Of a stretch of 50,100 nucleotides of DNA, positions 34,101-41,091 are shown piece by piece. Positions within the stretch are counted from its first letter, which is position 1, and each line of letters starts with the position of its first letter. Source of the stretch: a virus; IMG/VR virus record IMGVR_UViG_3300022912_000002; one strand, written 5' to 3'. Below the pieces are notes generated by a model. It saw only the letters and a program-made list of their open reading frames with translations. It made no database searches and was not told the DNA's origin. The position numbers and the translations under genes were made by a program.

Positions 34101-35663
34101 CAATTCGATTGGTTCTCCAAAACAAGAAATCCTGCCGAGCGTGAGCGTAACATGCAGTTAGGCGGGTGGTCTACTGAGCTTCCTATGGTCTGGATGAAGT
34201 ATTGGAAAGATACTGTGAAACAGGCTGTTGGGCTTAAATATAGTGTTGAAAGTCGCAGAATGATTGACGATTTCAGTATGCGAATGGAGAAGAAATTCGG
34301 TAAGGAATCTGAAGGTCAAGTAAAGCGAATTGCTGAATTTATGAATGTATATTTGCGTGACTCAATGGGCTACATACCTGAGTTCAATAAGCGACCCAAG
34401 CTACTGAAATATATGCTTGCCAAAGCATCAGGTAAAAAGCCTGACGATAATCCCGATGCTTATGAAGAATTCTTTTCCGATTCTACTGTAATTGATTTTT
34501 GGAATAAACGCTCTAAGTACAAGTTGCCTGCATGGAAAATGCAACAACTAGCTAACCTTGAAGCCAAGTACGAATATCTGACCTTGCTGACACATCCTAA
34601 ATATCCACTTGGAAATATTCTTGGCGGTACAACCAACATGCTAGTCTATGGTGGAATCAAACGATTCAAGCAAGCCAATCAACTGTTGGGTCAAAAAGAC
34701 GGTGAATATAAGGCGATGATGAAATCTCAGGGAGTGTTGCCCGAGTTAATGGCCTATGAGTTCGATGTTGCTGCTGGCCCTTACAAAGTGGAAATAGGCG
34801 GTGCCTATGAAGCCGTGAAAGAAGTGGCATTATCCAACAAAACTAGAGCGCAGAAAAGGGAAGCTTTACTTGAAATAAATCGCAAGTATAATATTGGCAG
34901 GAAAGCTATGGATATTGCAGGGAAATTCGGTACTCCTGCTGAAACATGGCTAAGAGAACGTGCATTTACTGTTGGGTATATCATGGCAGAAGAAATGGGC
35001 TTGTCAGGTGATGCACAGATTAAGTTTTCCAGGGATGTTGTAACTGGTACACAGTATCTTTACCACAATGGGGTAAGACCTGAATTTGCTAGAACTGGAT
35101 TCGGTAAAATTGTTACTCGATTTATGATGTACTTCTTTTCCACCATGAGCTTTCAAAAGCAGATTCAACTTGATGCACAGAAATTGAACCTAACTCCTGA
35201 GTCTGAAGAACACAAACGCATGCAAAGATGGACTTCGGTTGCATCGGTCATGATGGCCTTAGCATCGATCTACCCATATTCAATATTTGATTCAGCTTTG
35301 CCACCTCACCTGGATGCCATGAAGGATGCGAGTGAAATGATGTTCGGTGATGATGATGATAGGAAGCGTGCTTTCTTCGGTACCTATGGTTTGAACGTAA
35401 TTACCGCACCAATGCCCTCAAGATTAATTCTAAGGCCATTAGTCACAATCATGAATCAAGACTATCAGCGGTACTTAAACAGCGAGATATACAGTTGGTT
35501 CCCCTTTGGCAGATTTGCTAAGAGTTCCATGCGAATGTTACGCAATCCTATCTATGGATTAGAGACTTTCGCAGGTGTTCCACAGATTTCCGCAAGTCGG
35601 GATGTGAAGCATATTCAGAAGGGAAAAGAAAAAGGGACTGACAGTTATCAATCCCCAGGTTAG
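25146..35663 (+). CDS. Giant (3505 aa) virion/ejection-type multidomain protein with a candidate two-barrel RNA polymerase core
   Basis: Uninterrupted 10.5-kb ORF with a TTG start. HEFYH at aa 490-494. Pro/Lys linker (nt about 27108-27250). SLOG-like HHSGGAKGADTGW...DGGTGYAVEMAIGEGKPVFVFD (nt about 27756-28240). QDGAIYIS (nt 29577-29600). SPKSKPEDMLVMAVDV ... DWDGD ... FIHMP (nt 30711-30870). Hydrophobic segments at both ends. Confidence 0.85.
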   Translation: MSENPYVEIADVIEQMKPQLSPHQVGAVRDYEKALYGEDEFFLRETGRLLGQIPTGFAEGMSTVNLQFIEPRTEAEKIARSLGSLLGFVGYIPNPSALALKVAGKTSKKGALKILGKQWNKPNSAGRWAEMQAMSLDDLYKTAIEGVPTNLSKVKSVPMYLTDMITKSSVGKKAGKASLDLLNKSKYINSNKFLAPRIGDFGEGMMHLGLASAISAGGINPFQWKERVDSVLPAFAHGAAFGGAFRGIGQLGSVLNWTTASGSPKTAAKLLQAVAGSMVQGIPSTMRNDSTAEQIYEYLLGSWFGFHEVPYVKRVAGKKEHEIQIEGQKSQGVHTSWHYRNNPEAFKRNFGWDKMPKEAQDIVDLWLKDQYNANSPELYDIMTQANEEIAVRREAGEDVPFIIPNRVGVVKAPDAHGLEFQVPIYHRDALSEGKPIKNGAMFDRQGGRIIIDPEYFERNDPIWRKEGFGPDIDSTFLPTKAERQRFMILHEFYHKFYKSEDLANVVAAFEVKRELGKEAEIPANWILPQRLSPQEKIEFQRYVDKLTMETYTKGEVIPDGTYVNMHLRTEMGQMYGHRGYVVEKAEEANVFRMLIERPAENGKPGEYVLDDHTTLVGQDLITGIWRDRHISELDREASLPTGHDNEGNFNWEGGKPTKTPETPPKAPVKPKATIEPPKPKKAPEKPKPPKAKKVKKLTKKQANQVANVEKEIKLLERIELEQTEKMKNGEKPDDAVGMDFLRRQEQLGDFLARNDEVFSRIVEKQNNDLVEYGKYLQEKYGKEYENSDLSPKDLARLKEFKTFQKRLEMLMAVGQSRLINKGKPTPETKELPEAKINKEGELEITIEGGEKEAQELIKKGKLEVKEIQNDEYVHHSGGAKGADTGWDMAGRKYGVKSKHYREPGAKSVDSPTLKGEGVKPVEMSKAEFKEGTEKATKAAQRLGRPMSAKFAHYQIRNWNQVKHADAVFAVGRILDVGEAGAKGFPNKAKKQTVDGGTGYAVEMAIGEGKPVFVFDQARKKWHTWDGKEFVQIDTPTLTPNFAGVGTRELTKGGMKAIEAVFEKTFGKKTEPEPEVEVDPWDALDENGKIEPSADELNVLDGWENKAPVGEDGRPLTSDVPERSAEYSERIESSYTPHLKEVGVKNGIKDDMNVSKWKSELREKLGNYDDANLVIEEFQHQYSQIDMGGKANKDGWTKGQLEFMKLVEEAHPGLSKQALMEYHNQVEIDTISLKGNGAELGRAYITNAKIHRLFDHKRFVALEPKLIDKIYEGAGLYNEAGLYTIRELLAKNEPAEAYFERMGVDFGHIYDMKHPVGKYARLLIKYEPHMITELRAIEASEKDGRASDRYLNQRDIFEAQIHREIFEAAQGKQYTQWATEGTIPYAMYQANYNEWREQRAEQNKPNSKVAYERFLRDKGIKSRADKMMKYFGQANTNAYYSPNKRKMNYVVINDGTWIKKLAKNSVYQKWLKSDTKSRQDGAIYISKAQLERQNERWNLPDDTVNMKTVINHRSGDDVFIGKGETFYHEGLNEFMEANGLDFVIFDSGAKIRADKTGVNWPIMENMTFADMAKGRKGADGKRNFKYPEIAENMRSDIGEDAVGFIKMDKTKGKGRVTVTPQVLDSFMNHDVANEYIEAYVKDEVKAVEQIQKSITRPKAFVNALIHYGLGAKIKRDAKGKRFVEGNFSESNEAYVRKLMDGANPFSAPLIEQTNNTFRQVLGHIAKPRTASGEWVTLVPESGFAWKKGGKAEEHELKERTFRDYSGERVVVPGEARAPYSFSKKLEKPENITLFDHETGKYVKYADHFPATPVGGNGKMRYGDAWEATRSQFFTRKNAEGKDEQVRKYDLIMNFQTSPKSKPEDMLVMAVDVFLPKTRGNALEANTLDASVAAERDWDGDAGAGFIHMPEGMMREYTKDILGPDGEFRVGITDVGKATNPQVDLLDPQWYREMNDKIRTVNKKIGEVVNRRSGFDAIVKGNMSINWLGNRLTAIKADSEAYSGYMSEFAGEVQVTVDGPKADLLSRPDLLRGNYSMLARGRAFLEFSRKDPIHKILAKVASYFKEQAGRMVNSKNFDGEAKNASLKAVHQAVHEHRVLEAAENNELFTLGGVPIKTDQVYGVVWWKQAVPSLNKVTQAIHNITSELTLSEVTREGTFPEKKYNKNKRVAIQALKKRVKDSEDGRAYGVNEQDMAYWEMYEASLSHGAMQLRWGPASEAKKYDMPTAIRDMLIAEDNPSKKFLLEKHDHNNRTEYSDTIVLPFLNVKGNHSTSPKQRLLKKLIAAYPDPFKLHDPTPINFHVGGTGGGMHTTRRADQIRTSMLASRNNEALYRMIADKHPEIFEGIDYKSSKGWTIPKRILEYWGEKNKAKAKQIAEMWALRSMRDSLPFQRPRDFASVEELKMNENKVQTKFRFFIETNGLEPILFPKGIPENLGEYLDKYRIESQDGGKQFDYTSLDARIQSLWDKGTRDIRTFFMPDPMVSKTGSLHGSFTEAVSINRSLWDQFSKDKAHQSWIRHYDDVVSDQDGMGHRYTEASRKRADLLLRGVEPNELFFPYGGREEALGVIKDMSNGTIPMTPGQRADFQRLFAEYPEMASQFRRVLLGLINKPHLDNHKEIDFVIKKLSALGSGDPRLGVIQRQLMPNRVQRDFLKFDVMWPESEVVGTGMHALKPVSGFGKVFQHQLESHAEIQKEEQKGQILLNSIFYLEKLPEWVSKEYGLENGSMFTKEESTYVEQWKEMFKADVGAVKDLFDIAAHIYPVEYGGKEHFKGMSSEHKAEIMDRYRNAKAQLESLDHDAGRAKRHYVKYIMRQQNKLADFIHNTYWEHSSGKKYSIHWNNQEVKRYHLPKQIKELNKEILRLQKESSKLTGSDAKEIQNIIEARTETMHMLENLAKKLDNLNRMKLVAKGDKFITPDRIAGYLPHIWDSPELMVKAYEESYVRTINATKDPKLKKALTIDMQKKLEDLGRTMVEPPGKEFFDAKADQFDWFSKTRNPAERERNMQLGGWSTELPMVWMKYWKDTVKQAVGLKYSVESRRMIDDFSMRMEKKFGKESEGQVKRIAEFMNVYLRDSMGYIPEFNKRPKLLKYMLAKASGKKPDDNPDAYEEFFSDSTVIDFWNKRSKYKLPAWKMQQLANLEAKYEYLTLLTHPKYPLGNILGGTTNMLVYGGIKRFKQANQLLGQKDGEYKAMMKSQGVLPELMAYEFDVAAGPYKVEIGGAYEAVKEVALSNKTRAQKREALLEINRKYNIGRKAMDIAGKFGTPAETWLRERAFTVGYIMAEEMGLSGDAQIKFSRDVVTGTQYLYHNGVRPEFARTGFGKIVTRFMMYFFSTMSFQKQIQLDAQKLNLTPESEEHKRMQRWTSVASVMMALASIYPYSIFDSALPPHLDAMKDASEMMFGDDDDRKRAFFGTYGLNVITAPMPSRLILRPLVTIMNQDYQRYLNSEIYSWFPFGRFAKSSMRMLRNPIYGLETFAGVPQISASRDVKHIQKGKEKGTDSYQSPG

Positions 35664-35681
35664 TCAGGCTTTCAGAAAAAA

Positions 35682-35707
35682 GAAGCCCCTCTGAATCGAG
35701 GGGTTTC
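35682..35707. terminator. Bidirectional intrinsic terminator between the convergent late and early arms
   Basis: GAAGCCCCTC-tgaatc-GAGGGGTTTC forms a 10-bp stem with one G-U pair. It is flanked by AAAAAA upstream and TTATGTGTTTT downstream, so there is a U-tract on both strands. Confidence 0.75.
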
Positions 35708-35750
35708 TTATGTGTTTTAGGGGTAGTATGTCCACAATCTCTGGACTTAC

Positions 35751-36056
35751 TCACCTTGCTAATGTCATTTCCCACATATGAGAAATATGGTGAGGAACAT
35801 CATCAGGTGCATCTAACGAAACCTCGAAATAGTCAGGTCGCCTACCTTCCCACATCAAGCCTCTAGTGGTTCTACCCACAGCAAAGCTTTCCTCATGTTC
35901 AGGCGCACCAGTTTTATTCCACCACACGAATTTCACGTTCCCTGGCAGTTTGTTTTCTGGTTCGTTATTTTTTCCCCAAATCCTCTCATAGTTTTCACCA
36001 TAAGATTTTTGGTCAACCTTTTGCTGGGTGTTTGCGATTCTGTTCATCCTTAGCAT
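35751..36056 (-). CDS. Hypothetical protein (last gene of the leftward arm)
   Basis: ORF that ends just before the bidirectional terminator. 101 aa. Confidence 0.55.
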   Translation of the reverse strand: MLRMNRIANTQQKVDQKSYGENYERIWGKNNEPENKLPGNVKFVWWNKTGAPEHEESFAVGRTTRGLMWEGRRPDYFEVSLDAPDDVPHHISHMWEMTLAR

Positions 36057-36204
36057 CCCTTCTCTTTTGTAGCTCTTTTACCATTCGTGATGCGGCATGG
36101 CAACGGATTCCCCATTCAATAGGCTTGTCGTTGCCTCTTTCATAAACACCATAACCTGAGCCATGTGGCCCTGATTTTATAGATTCATAATGTTTAGTTT
36201 TCAT
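36013..36204 (-). CDS. Hypothetical small protein (63 aa from MKTKHYES)
   Basis: ORF 36013-36300. The internal ATG at 36204 has GGAGGAATAAG upstream and sits right after the stop of the upstream gene at 36206. Confidence 0.5.
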   Translation of the reverse strand: MKTKHYESIKSGPHGSGYGVYERGNDKPIEWGIRCHAASRMVKELQKRRDAKDEQNRKHPAKG

Positions 36205-36205
36205 C

Positions 36206-36442
36206 TTATTCCTCCGTTCCATCAGTGAATGTACTGTTTTCTTTACAAGCTGAACATCTTCCATAGTGTTCAATGATAGGTTCACCATCATCGGTTTCAT
36301 CTACTACCTCACTATGAATTTCACCATAGGCGTTAGCCGTACAGCATAGGGATAACAATTCATCATCATCCTCTATTATCGGTTCAGGCGGTGGGTCGGG
36401 TGGGTCAAAATTAGAACCAAGCTGATAAATTGCTTCACTCAT
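36206..36442 (-). CDS. Small acidic Cys-containing protein
   Basis: 78 aa. Contains PPDPPPEP, LCC...RCSAC and many D/E residues. Confidence 0.5.
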   Translation of the reverse strand: MSEAIYQLGSNFDPPDPPPEPIIEDDDELLSLCCTANAYGEIHSEVVDETDDGEPIIEHYGRCSACKENSTFTDGTEE

Positions 36443-36711
36443 TTTAAATCTCCATTCTCATCCAGATAAGGGTTTCCCGCATTACCGCTTCTATCATGAT
36501 AGACATCTGGATGCCTTTCGGTAATCGGGTCGAGAGCCATAAGTTGACGTTGAACTTCGGCTTCTTCACCTTTCAATAATCTCAGATTAGTTAGGTGCTT
36601 GTGGATCTTCCTGTGAAGTCGAAAGGCCGCTTTGGGTGAATTGGAATTTATCCTTTCAATCCACCCACCTTCACCAGTATTAGTGTTGGTTGACATAATG
36701 AAATAAATCAT
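36439..36711 (-). CDS. Hypothetical protein
   Basis: ATGA overlaps at both ends (36708-36711 and 36439-36442). Confidence 0.55.
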   Translation of the reverse strand: MIYFIMSTNTNTGEGGWIERINSNSPKAAFRLHRKIHKHLTNLRLLKGEEAEVQRQLMALDPITERHPDVYHDRSGNAGNPYLDENGDLK

Positions 36712-37100
36712 CTAGTCGCTGCCGTATCTGATTCACAGTTTTTACAATAAAAAGTGTCATAGGTATCCTCAACCTCAAAATCTTGAATTTCTTCAGACCA
36801 TGAAATTGTGGCATCCATGACAATGTTGGTTGAATCACATTGGATACATTTATAAGGTAGCATCTTGCTTTTATTCTTGTGCATGTTGTAAATGCCCCTA
36901 AGAGTACGAACAAGGGATGGGAGCATTTCATTTGGAATAAAAAGGACACAGGACTTCGACACCCCACGCGAATTAATGGGGGAGAGAATTGCGCTCTCCC
37001 CCTCATAATTCGAGGACACGACATCGATTCCAAGTAGTTTACCTACCCGATTCCGACCTATGTACTTGCCTATTTTATTCAGGCGAATCCACTTCCTCAC
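36708..37100 (-). CDS. Hypothetical protein with a C-terminal zinc ribbon
   Basis: The CIQC...CKNC pairs are 35 aa apart. 130 aa. Confidence 0.55.
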   Translation of the reverse strand: MRKWIRLNKIGKYIGRNRVGKLLGIDVVSSNYEGESAILSPINSRGVSKSCVLFIPNEMLPSLVRTLRGIYNMHKNKSKMLPYKCIQCDSTNIVMDATISWSEEIQDFEVEDTYDTFYCKNCESDTAATR

Positions 37101-37443
37101 CAGCCTTCAGTTTCTCAGAGTTGATGAGGGCGATCTTGTAAGCTGACGTTTTAGTTAGCTCACCGACTTCCTCACCTTCCATGAAACATTGTGCCAGTAA
37201 CCAACTTGCTTCCCCTTGAGTAAAGCCAGTTGGGTCGGAGTCGACTGCTATTCGCATAGCTTCATCGATTCCTTGTGCGTGTACTTCCTTGTGAACAGGA
37301 ATAGTGACATTAAATCCGATTCTAAACTTCAGCAACTTCGCTTTCGATTGGGTCGGCTTTTTCGCTTTCTGTTTCTTCGGTGCTTTCGGTGTAATCGGTT
37401 TCGATTTCTTCTGCAAAGGTTGTTTCTCCTTCCTCTGAATCAT
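37075..37443 (-). CDS. Hypothetical small protein. The true start is probably the internal ATG at 37257.
   Basis: The upstream 120 nt of the ORF overlap the end of the ParB-like gene. The ATG at 37257 would give a 60-aa product, MRIAVDSDPTGF... Confidence 0.4.
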   Translation of the reverse strand: MIQRKEKQPLQKKSKPITPKAPKKQKAKKPTQSKAKLLKFRIGFNVTIPVHKEVHAQGIDEAMRIAVDSDPTGFTQGEASWLLAQCFMEGEEVGELTKTSAYKIALINSEKLKAGEEVDSPE

Positions 37444-39208
37444 CTTCAGTTTCTACATCGGTTGTTTCAAATTTACTCTGATGAACTAGAGCAAAGCCAG
37501 GTTCAGTTATGGTACTATAATTATACCATGCTGATAAGAAATCATCACCATGTTGCACATACTGAGATTTCCATTCATGGTCTTTGGTGAGTAGATCCAC
37601 CATAGGCATCTTTGGAATTTCAGCGATTGCAGCAACATAGTCACCCTTCTTAGCAGAAGATTCCATTTCTGCAAATGGTTCCAGGTCACCCTTTGTGAAC
37701 AATGCTGTAATAGTTTCACGGAGGTGCTTATTAGCAGTCCACTCTTTCAGCAGTTCAAGGTTTATATCAACATCAATGCCATTTTCGACCATGATGTGTT
37801 GAAGTTCGACCAGTTCAGAAAAGCGACCTGCTTCAACAATCTTGTTGCGAATAACAGCAATCCGAAGATTGTGCATCGTTCCCATCATGTCAAAGGATAG
37901 CCAGTTTTCCTTTGTGTAAACGTGTTTTCTGTGATTCATGCAAACATCACCAATTGCCTGAGCATTGGTTGAGAATAGCATGTGAGCAACGGGGCCAGTC
38001 AGACCAATATCAGAAGCAATTAAATGCTCCCAAAGGTATTCCTTCATATATCCAACTACGAAAGTACGCCATTTAGATTGACTTGAATTGGAAAGCCCTT
38101 TTTCTTCCTCAGGCTCGGTCCCAGGTTCGGTACTGGTGTTAGTTTCCTTTTCGGCTTTGGTGGCTTTAGCGGCTTGACGAAGCAGAATTTCACCTTCACG
38201 GCTAATGTCAAACGCGATTGCGTTCTTGATAGCACCCTTTACTCCACGAGCTTTGGTGTGAAATTCTACTGGGGTAAAGCATTTTACGTCATGATGCCAT
38301 TTGCTCTGGTCGACTTGTGGAACACCAAGCGATTCAGTCAGTTCAGCGATGAAAGCCGTGTACTTTTCACGGTAGCAAGCTTCATCATAACATGGGTTGG
38401 TAACAGATGGTTCGGTATATTCAGCAAACATGCCTAGTTGATCATCGGTGCGAAATTCGCAACCAACACATGACTTGCCTTCACATTCTGTTAGTGTAAT
38501 GTCGAATGGCGCTCTATCCAAAGTCAACTTCTGACTTCTGAGAGTATATTCAGCATCGCTCCAATGGTAAGATTCGATGAAGTCGTATTCTTCAAGCAAG
38601 GTTTCCTGTGTTTTCTGTGAATAGGATGCAATGCTTACAGCATCTTCAAGGAAGTCTTTGTAATCATCAGATTCGTTTAGGGCTTTCAGTAAGACAGGAT
38701 GTAGGTTGGCAAGCATACCGAAGTTTCTTACCCAGGCAACAGTTTTGCCAAAGACAACAGCGATTTGTTTCTGATTCATGCCGTCATTCGTCATTGTCAC
38801 CACAAGAGAAACCATATCGAGCAGGTTCATGTCTTGACGGTGGATGTTTTCATGTGATTGTACTTTGGTAAGTTCTTCATTCGTTGCTGTGATAATACTG
38901 ACAGCTACATCAAAGTCAGCCTTCCCATGAATCTTCTTCAAGGCAGCGAATCGCCTGTTACCTGAAATCAGTTCATATATCTGACGTTCTGGATCCTCAC
39001 GAACAGTCAAAGGGTTTAACAAGCCAACAGCTTTTATGGATTTCACCAATTCACTGTCAACCTTTACTTTTCCAACACGGACATTTCCTAATGGTTCTAT
39101 CAGATTGATATTAACCATTCCAAGTATTGCTTGAGCTTCCAAAATAGAGGCTCCTTTCTTCGGTTTTTTAATAATTATAGAAGGTGTGGGGTAGGCTTTG
39201 CAACCCAC
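37322..39208 (-). CDS. ParB N-terminal-domain (ParB/Srx-like) protein with a long C-terminal extension and acidic tail
   Basis: LLNPLTVREDPERQIYELISGNRRFAALKKIHG carries the GxRR ParB-box motif. The C-terminus TEDDSEEGETTFAEEIETDYTESTEETESE is strongly acidic. The start is uncertain (an upstream TTG or ATG is possible). Confidence 0.7.
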   Translation of the reverse strand: MGCKAYPTPSIIIKKPKKGASILEAQAILGMVNINLIEPLGNVRVGKVKVDSELVKSIKAVGLLNPLTVREDPERQIYELISGNRRFAALKKIHGKADFDVAVSIITATNEELTKVQSHENIHRQDMNLLDMVSLVVTMTNDGMNQKQIAVVFGKTVAWVRNFGMLANLHPVLLKALNESDDYKDFLEDAVSIASYSQKTQETLLEEYDFIESYHWSDAEYTLRSQKLTLDRAPFDITLTECEGKSCVGCEFRTDDQLGMFAEYTEPSVTNPCYDEACYREKYTAFIAELTESLGVPQVDQSKWHHDVKCFTPVEFHTKARGVKGAIKNAIAFDISREGEILLRQAAKATKAEKETNTSTEPGTEPEEEKGLSNSSQSKWRTFVVGYMKEYLWEHLIASDIGLTGPVAHMLFSTNAQAIGDVCMNHRKHVYTKENWLSFDMMGTMHNLRIAVIRNKIVEAGRFSELVELQHIMVENGIDVDINLELLKEWTANKHLRETITALFTKGDLEPFAEMESSAKKGDYVAAIAEIPKMPMVDLLTKDHEWKSQYVQHGDDFLSAWYNYSTITEPGFALVHQSKFETTDVETEDDSEEGETTFAEEIETDYTESTEETESEKADPIESEVAEV

Positions 39209-39225
39209 CCCACGGTGCGAAACGC

Positions 39226-39642
39226 TTAATCGTCAGATGGTGGAACGTCACGTTCCTCAACTTCTTCCTTTACAGCGGTAGGAATTTGAGTGAGCGTACA
39301 TTCCAAATCAGCCTTTGCGGTACTAAGCTGTTCTCTGGTAAGGTCAAGAGCAGTTGAAGTTTCCTTCAATTCATCTTTCCGATATTTAAGGGATGCTTCT
39401 TTTGATTCGATCTCCTTCTCAATTGCAGTTAGTTTGGCTTCATCACCAAGTACAATTTGAGAATCGTTAACAAATTCCACGGTAATACCCGTAGCTTGTT
39501 CCTTGTGCGGGAACCAGACTTTATCTTTCCCATAACCCTTTGTGTCCATCTTAAATCCATTTTCAATGAACTCCATAATCTTCATGGCGGTTACTGAATC
39601 AAATAACATTTCTGAATAGTCAAACTTTATCGCGATTTTCAA
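39226..39642 (-). CDS. Hypothetical coiled-coil protein
   Basis: 138 aa. Contains a heptad-like segment, EKEIESKEASLKYRKDELKETSTALDLTREQLSTAKADLE. Confidence 0.55.
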   Translation of the reverse strand: MKIAIKFDYSEMLFDSVTAMKIMEFIENGFKMDTKGYGKDKVWFPHKEQATGITVEFVNDSQIVLGDEAKLTAIEKEIESKEASLKYRKDELKETSTALDLTREQLSTAKADLECTLTQIPTAVKEEVEERDVPPSDD

Positions 39643-39950
39643 TGTGTTTCCTCCTTTAGAGGGTTGTGAAGATGAATTATTTCATCCTCATGAATAAACC
39701 AAGTCACGTTATCATAATCGATAAGGTGAACTTTACTACACGGCTCGCCTGTGATTATTTCCATAAGGGAATCACAAACATCACCAAAGCGTTTTACATC
39801 ATCATTTTCCATGTAAAAGTTTAGGTCTTTTAAGCTGATGGTCGAGGGGAATAATCCAACTGAGCTATCCCCATCCCAACTCAACACAGCTTCTTTTAAC
39901 TGAAATTGTGCATCTGGCTTGAAAGTTCCTTGAGCGAATTGGAATTTCAT
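39639..39950 (-). CDS. Hypothetical protein
   Basis: ATGA-type overlaps with both neighbours. Confidence 0.55.
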   Translation of the reverse strand: MKFQFAQGTFKPDAQFQLKEAVLSWDGDSSVGLFPSTISLKDLNFYMENDDVKRFGDVCDSLMEIITGEPCSKVHLIDYDNVTWFIHEDEIIHLHNPLKEETH

Positions 39951-40240
39951 GATGGTTTGTCAATGAATTCTTCAGGAAGTGTGTCGAAAAACATCTGTGT
40001 CCTGATGTTGGTGACTGCATCCTGATTAAGCGAATCGATGTGCTTTTGTACTCGACGTGTAACTTCTATCTGAAGTTCAGTCGGCCACTTATCATCCGTG
40101 AGAATGTGTTCTGCACGGAATTTGGGGCGGTTTCGGGCATTAGCCAATCTGGACTTTTCAAAGATAAACTCTGCAACAGCCAGTGTGCCATATACTCCAA
40201 TACATTGTGTCTTGTTTCCATTTACAACGATGAATCTCAT
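39947..40240 (-). CDS. Hypothetical protein
   Basis: Tightly packed same-strand ORF. 97 aa. Confidence 0.55.
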   Translation of the reverse strand: MRFIVVNGNKTQCIGVYGTLAVAEFIFEKSRLANARNRPKFRAEHILTDDKWPTELQIEVTRRVQKHIDSLNQDAVTNIRTQMFFDTLPEEFIDKPS

Positions 40241-40254
40241 AAGGGATTCCGATC

Positions 40255-40470
40255 TTAGTTGTGTATTGACTTATAATCATCAATAGTTAATCCCTGTTTC
40301 TTTCTCAGGGCATCTTTTTTACGAACTCTATCAATCCTACGTTTCCGAATAAGAGCTTGTTGAGATTCTTCGCGAATCCATCTCTGCAATCGCTTAATTT
40401 CAAAGTAGCTTAATTTTCGCATAGCAGATTTAATGCGCTTCTCGTTTGTCAGGTCACTACGGCCTATCAT
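40255..40470 (-). CDS. Small basic protein
   Basis: 71 aa, Arg/Lys-rich (RKRRIDRVRKKDALRKKQ). Confidence 0.5.
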   Translation of the reverse strand: MIGRSDLTNEKRIKSAMRKLSYFEIKRLQRWIREESQQALIRKRRIDRVRKKDALRKKQGLTIDDYKSIHN

Positions 40471-40697
40471 TTCTTCTTTTTCCTTCGGGTCGGGATGATA
40501 GTTTTCTTGGGTAGATCTAAATTCTTGAACTTTTCCTTCATTTCCTCAATTGTCATGTTTTGAGATTGAATTTCTTCAATTAATTGATCATCGGTGGTTA
40601 CAATAAGCGAAAGTAAAGTGAAGATTCCTTGTATCTGGTCGTCATGTAGCTTCAGAGTGTCTTTGATGCGAACTTTCCCATCTTTATCTCTTATCAT
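40467..40697 (-). CDS. Hypothetical small protein
   Basis: Overlapping stop/start with the neighbouring genes. 76 aa. Confidence 0.5.
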   Translation of the reverse strand: MIRDKDGKVRIKDTLKLHDDQIQGIFTLLSLIVTTDDQLIEEIQSQNMTIEEMKEKFKNLDLPKKTIIPTRRKKKK

Positions 40698-41091
40698 TTG
40701 CTTTCTCCATTCTAGCCACTCTATCCCGAAGTGACTTGTTCTTTTTTTTCAGGTCGTTATTCTCCCTCTGAAGTTCCCGAATCAACATCAATTCTTTTCC
40801 TTCCATGAGAGCAATTCTTTTTCCCGTTTTCACATTGGATTCCCTTAATGCGGTGATAAAATCTTGCCATTTAATGGACTTTAGGGCGTGTCTAATGTCA
40901 GTATCTTCAGCATAAGTGAGCAAATCCAGCAGGGAAGTAAAATACTTGTTGGTAGATTGAGCAGGTGTTCCATCAGCTTTTTGCTTTGTTTCCTGAAGTG
41001 TCCAGCGATGCCCTGCCAAAATCTCATATCCTGTGACCTTGTTGTTTATTTCAATATGCCAAAAGGCAATACTGTTCGGTTTTATTCTCAA
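40684..41091 (-). CDS. Hypothetical protein with a C-terminal coiled coil
   Basis: TTG start preceded by AAGGAGATTGAA. 135 aa. Confidence 0.55.
   Translation of the reverse strand: MRIKPNSIAFWHIEINNKVTGYEILAGHRWTLQETKQKADGTPAQSTNKYFTSLLDLLTYAEDTDIRHALKSIKWQDFITALRESNVKTGKRIALMEGKELMLIRELQRENNDLKKKNKSLRDRVARMEKANDKR

Noticed and set aside
25146-35663. N4-type (T7-like single-subunit) virion RNAP, suggested by the near-identical size (about 3500 aa)
   Set aside because: I could not find the T7-like motif set (T/DxxGR, motif A/C aspartates in the usual context, motif B RxxxK...YG). The DxDGD context points to the two-barrel class instead. A remote T7-like domain cannot be strictly excluded by eye.
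37216-37590. 124-aa + strand ORF, plus 38174-38437 and 38608-38871
   Set aside because: They are antisense to the ParB-like gene and its neighbour, with Leu/Arg/Phe-rich shadow composition.
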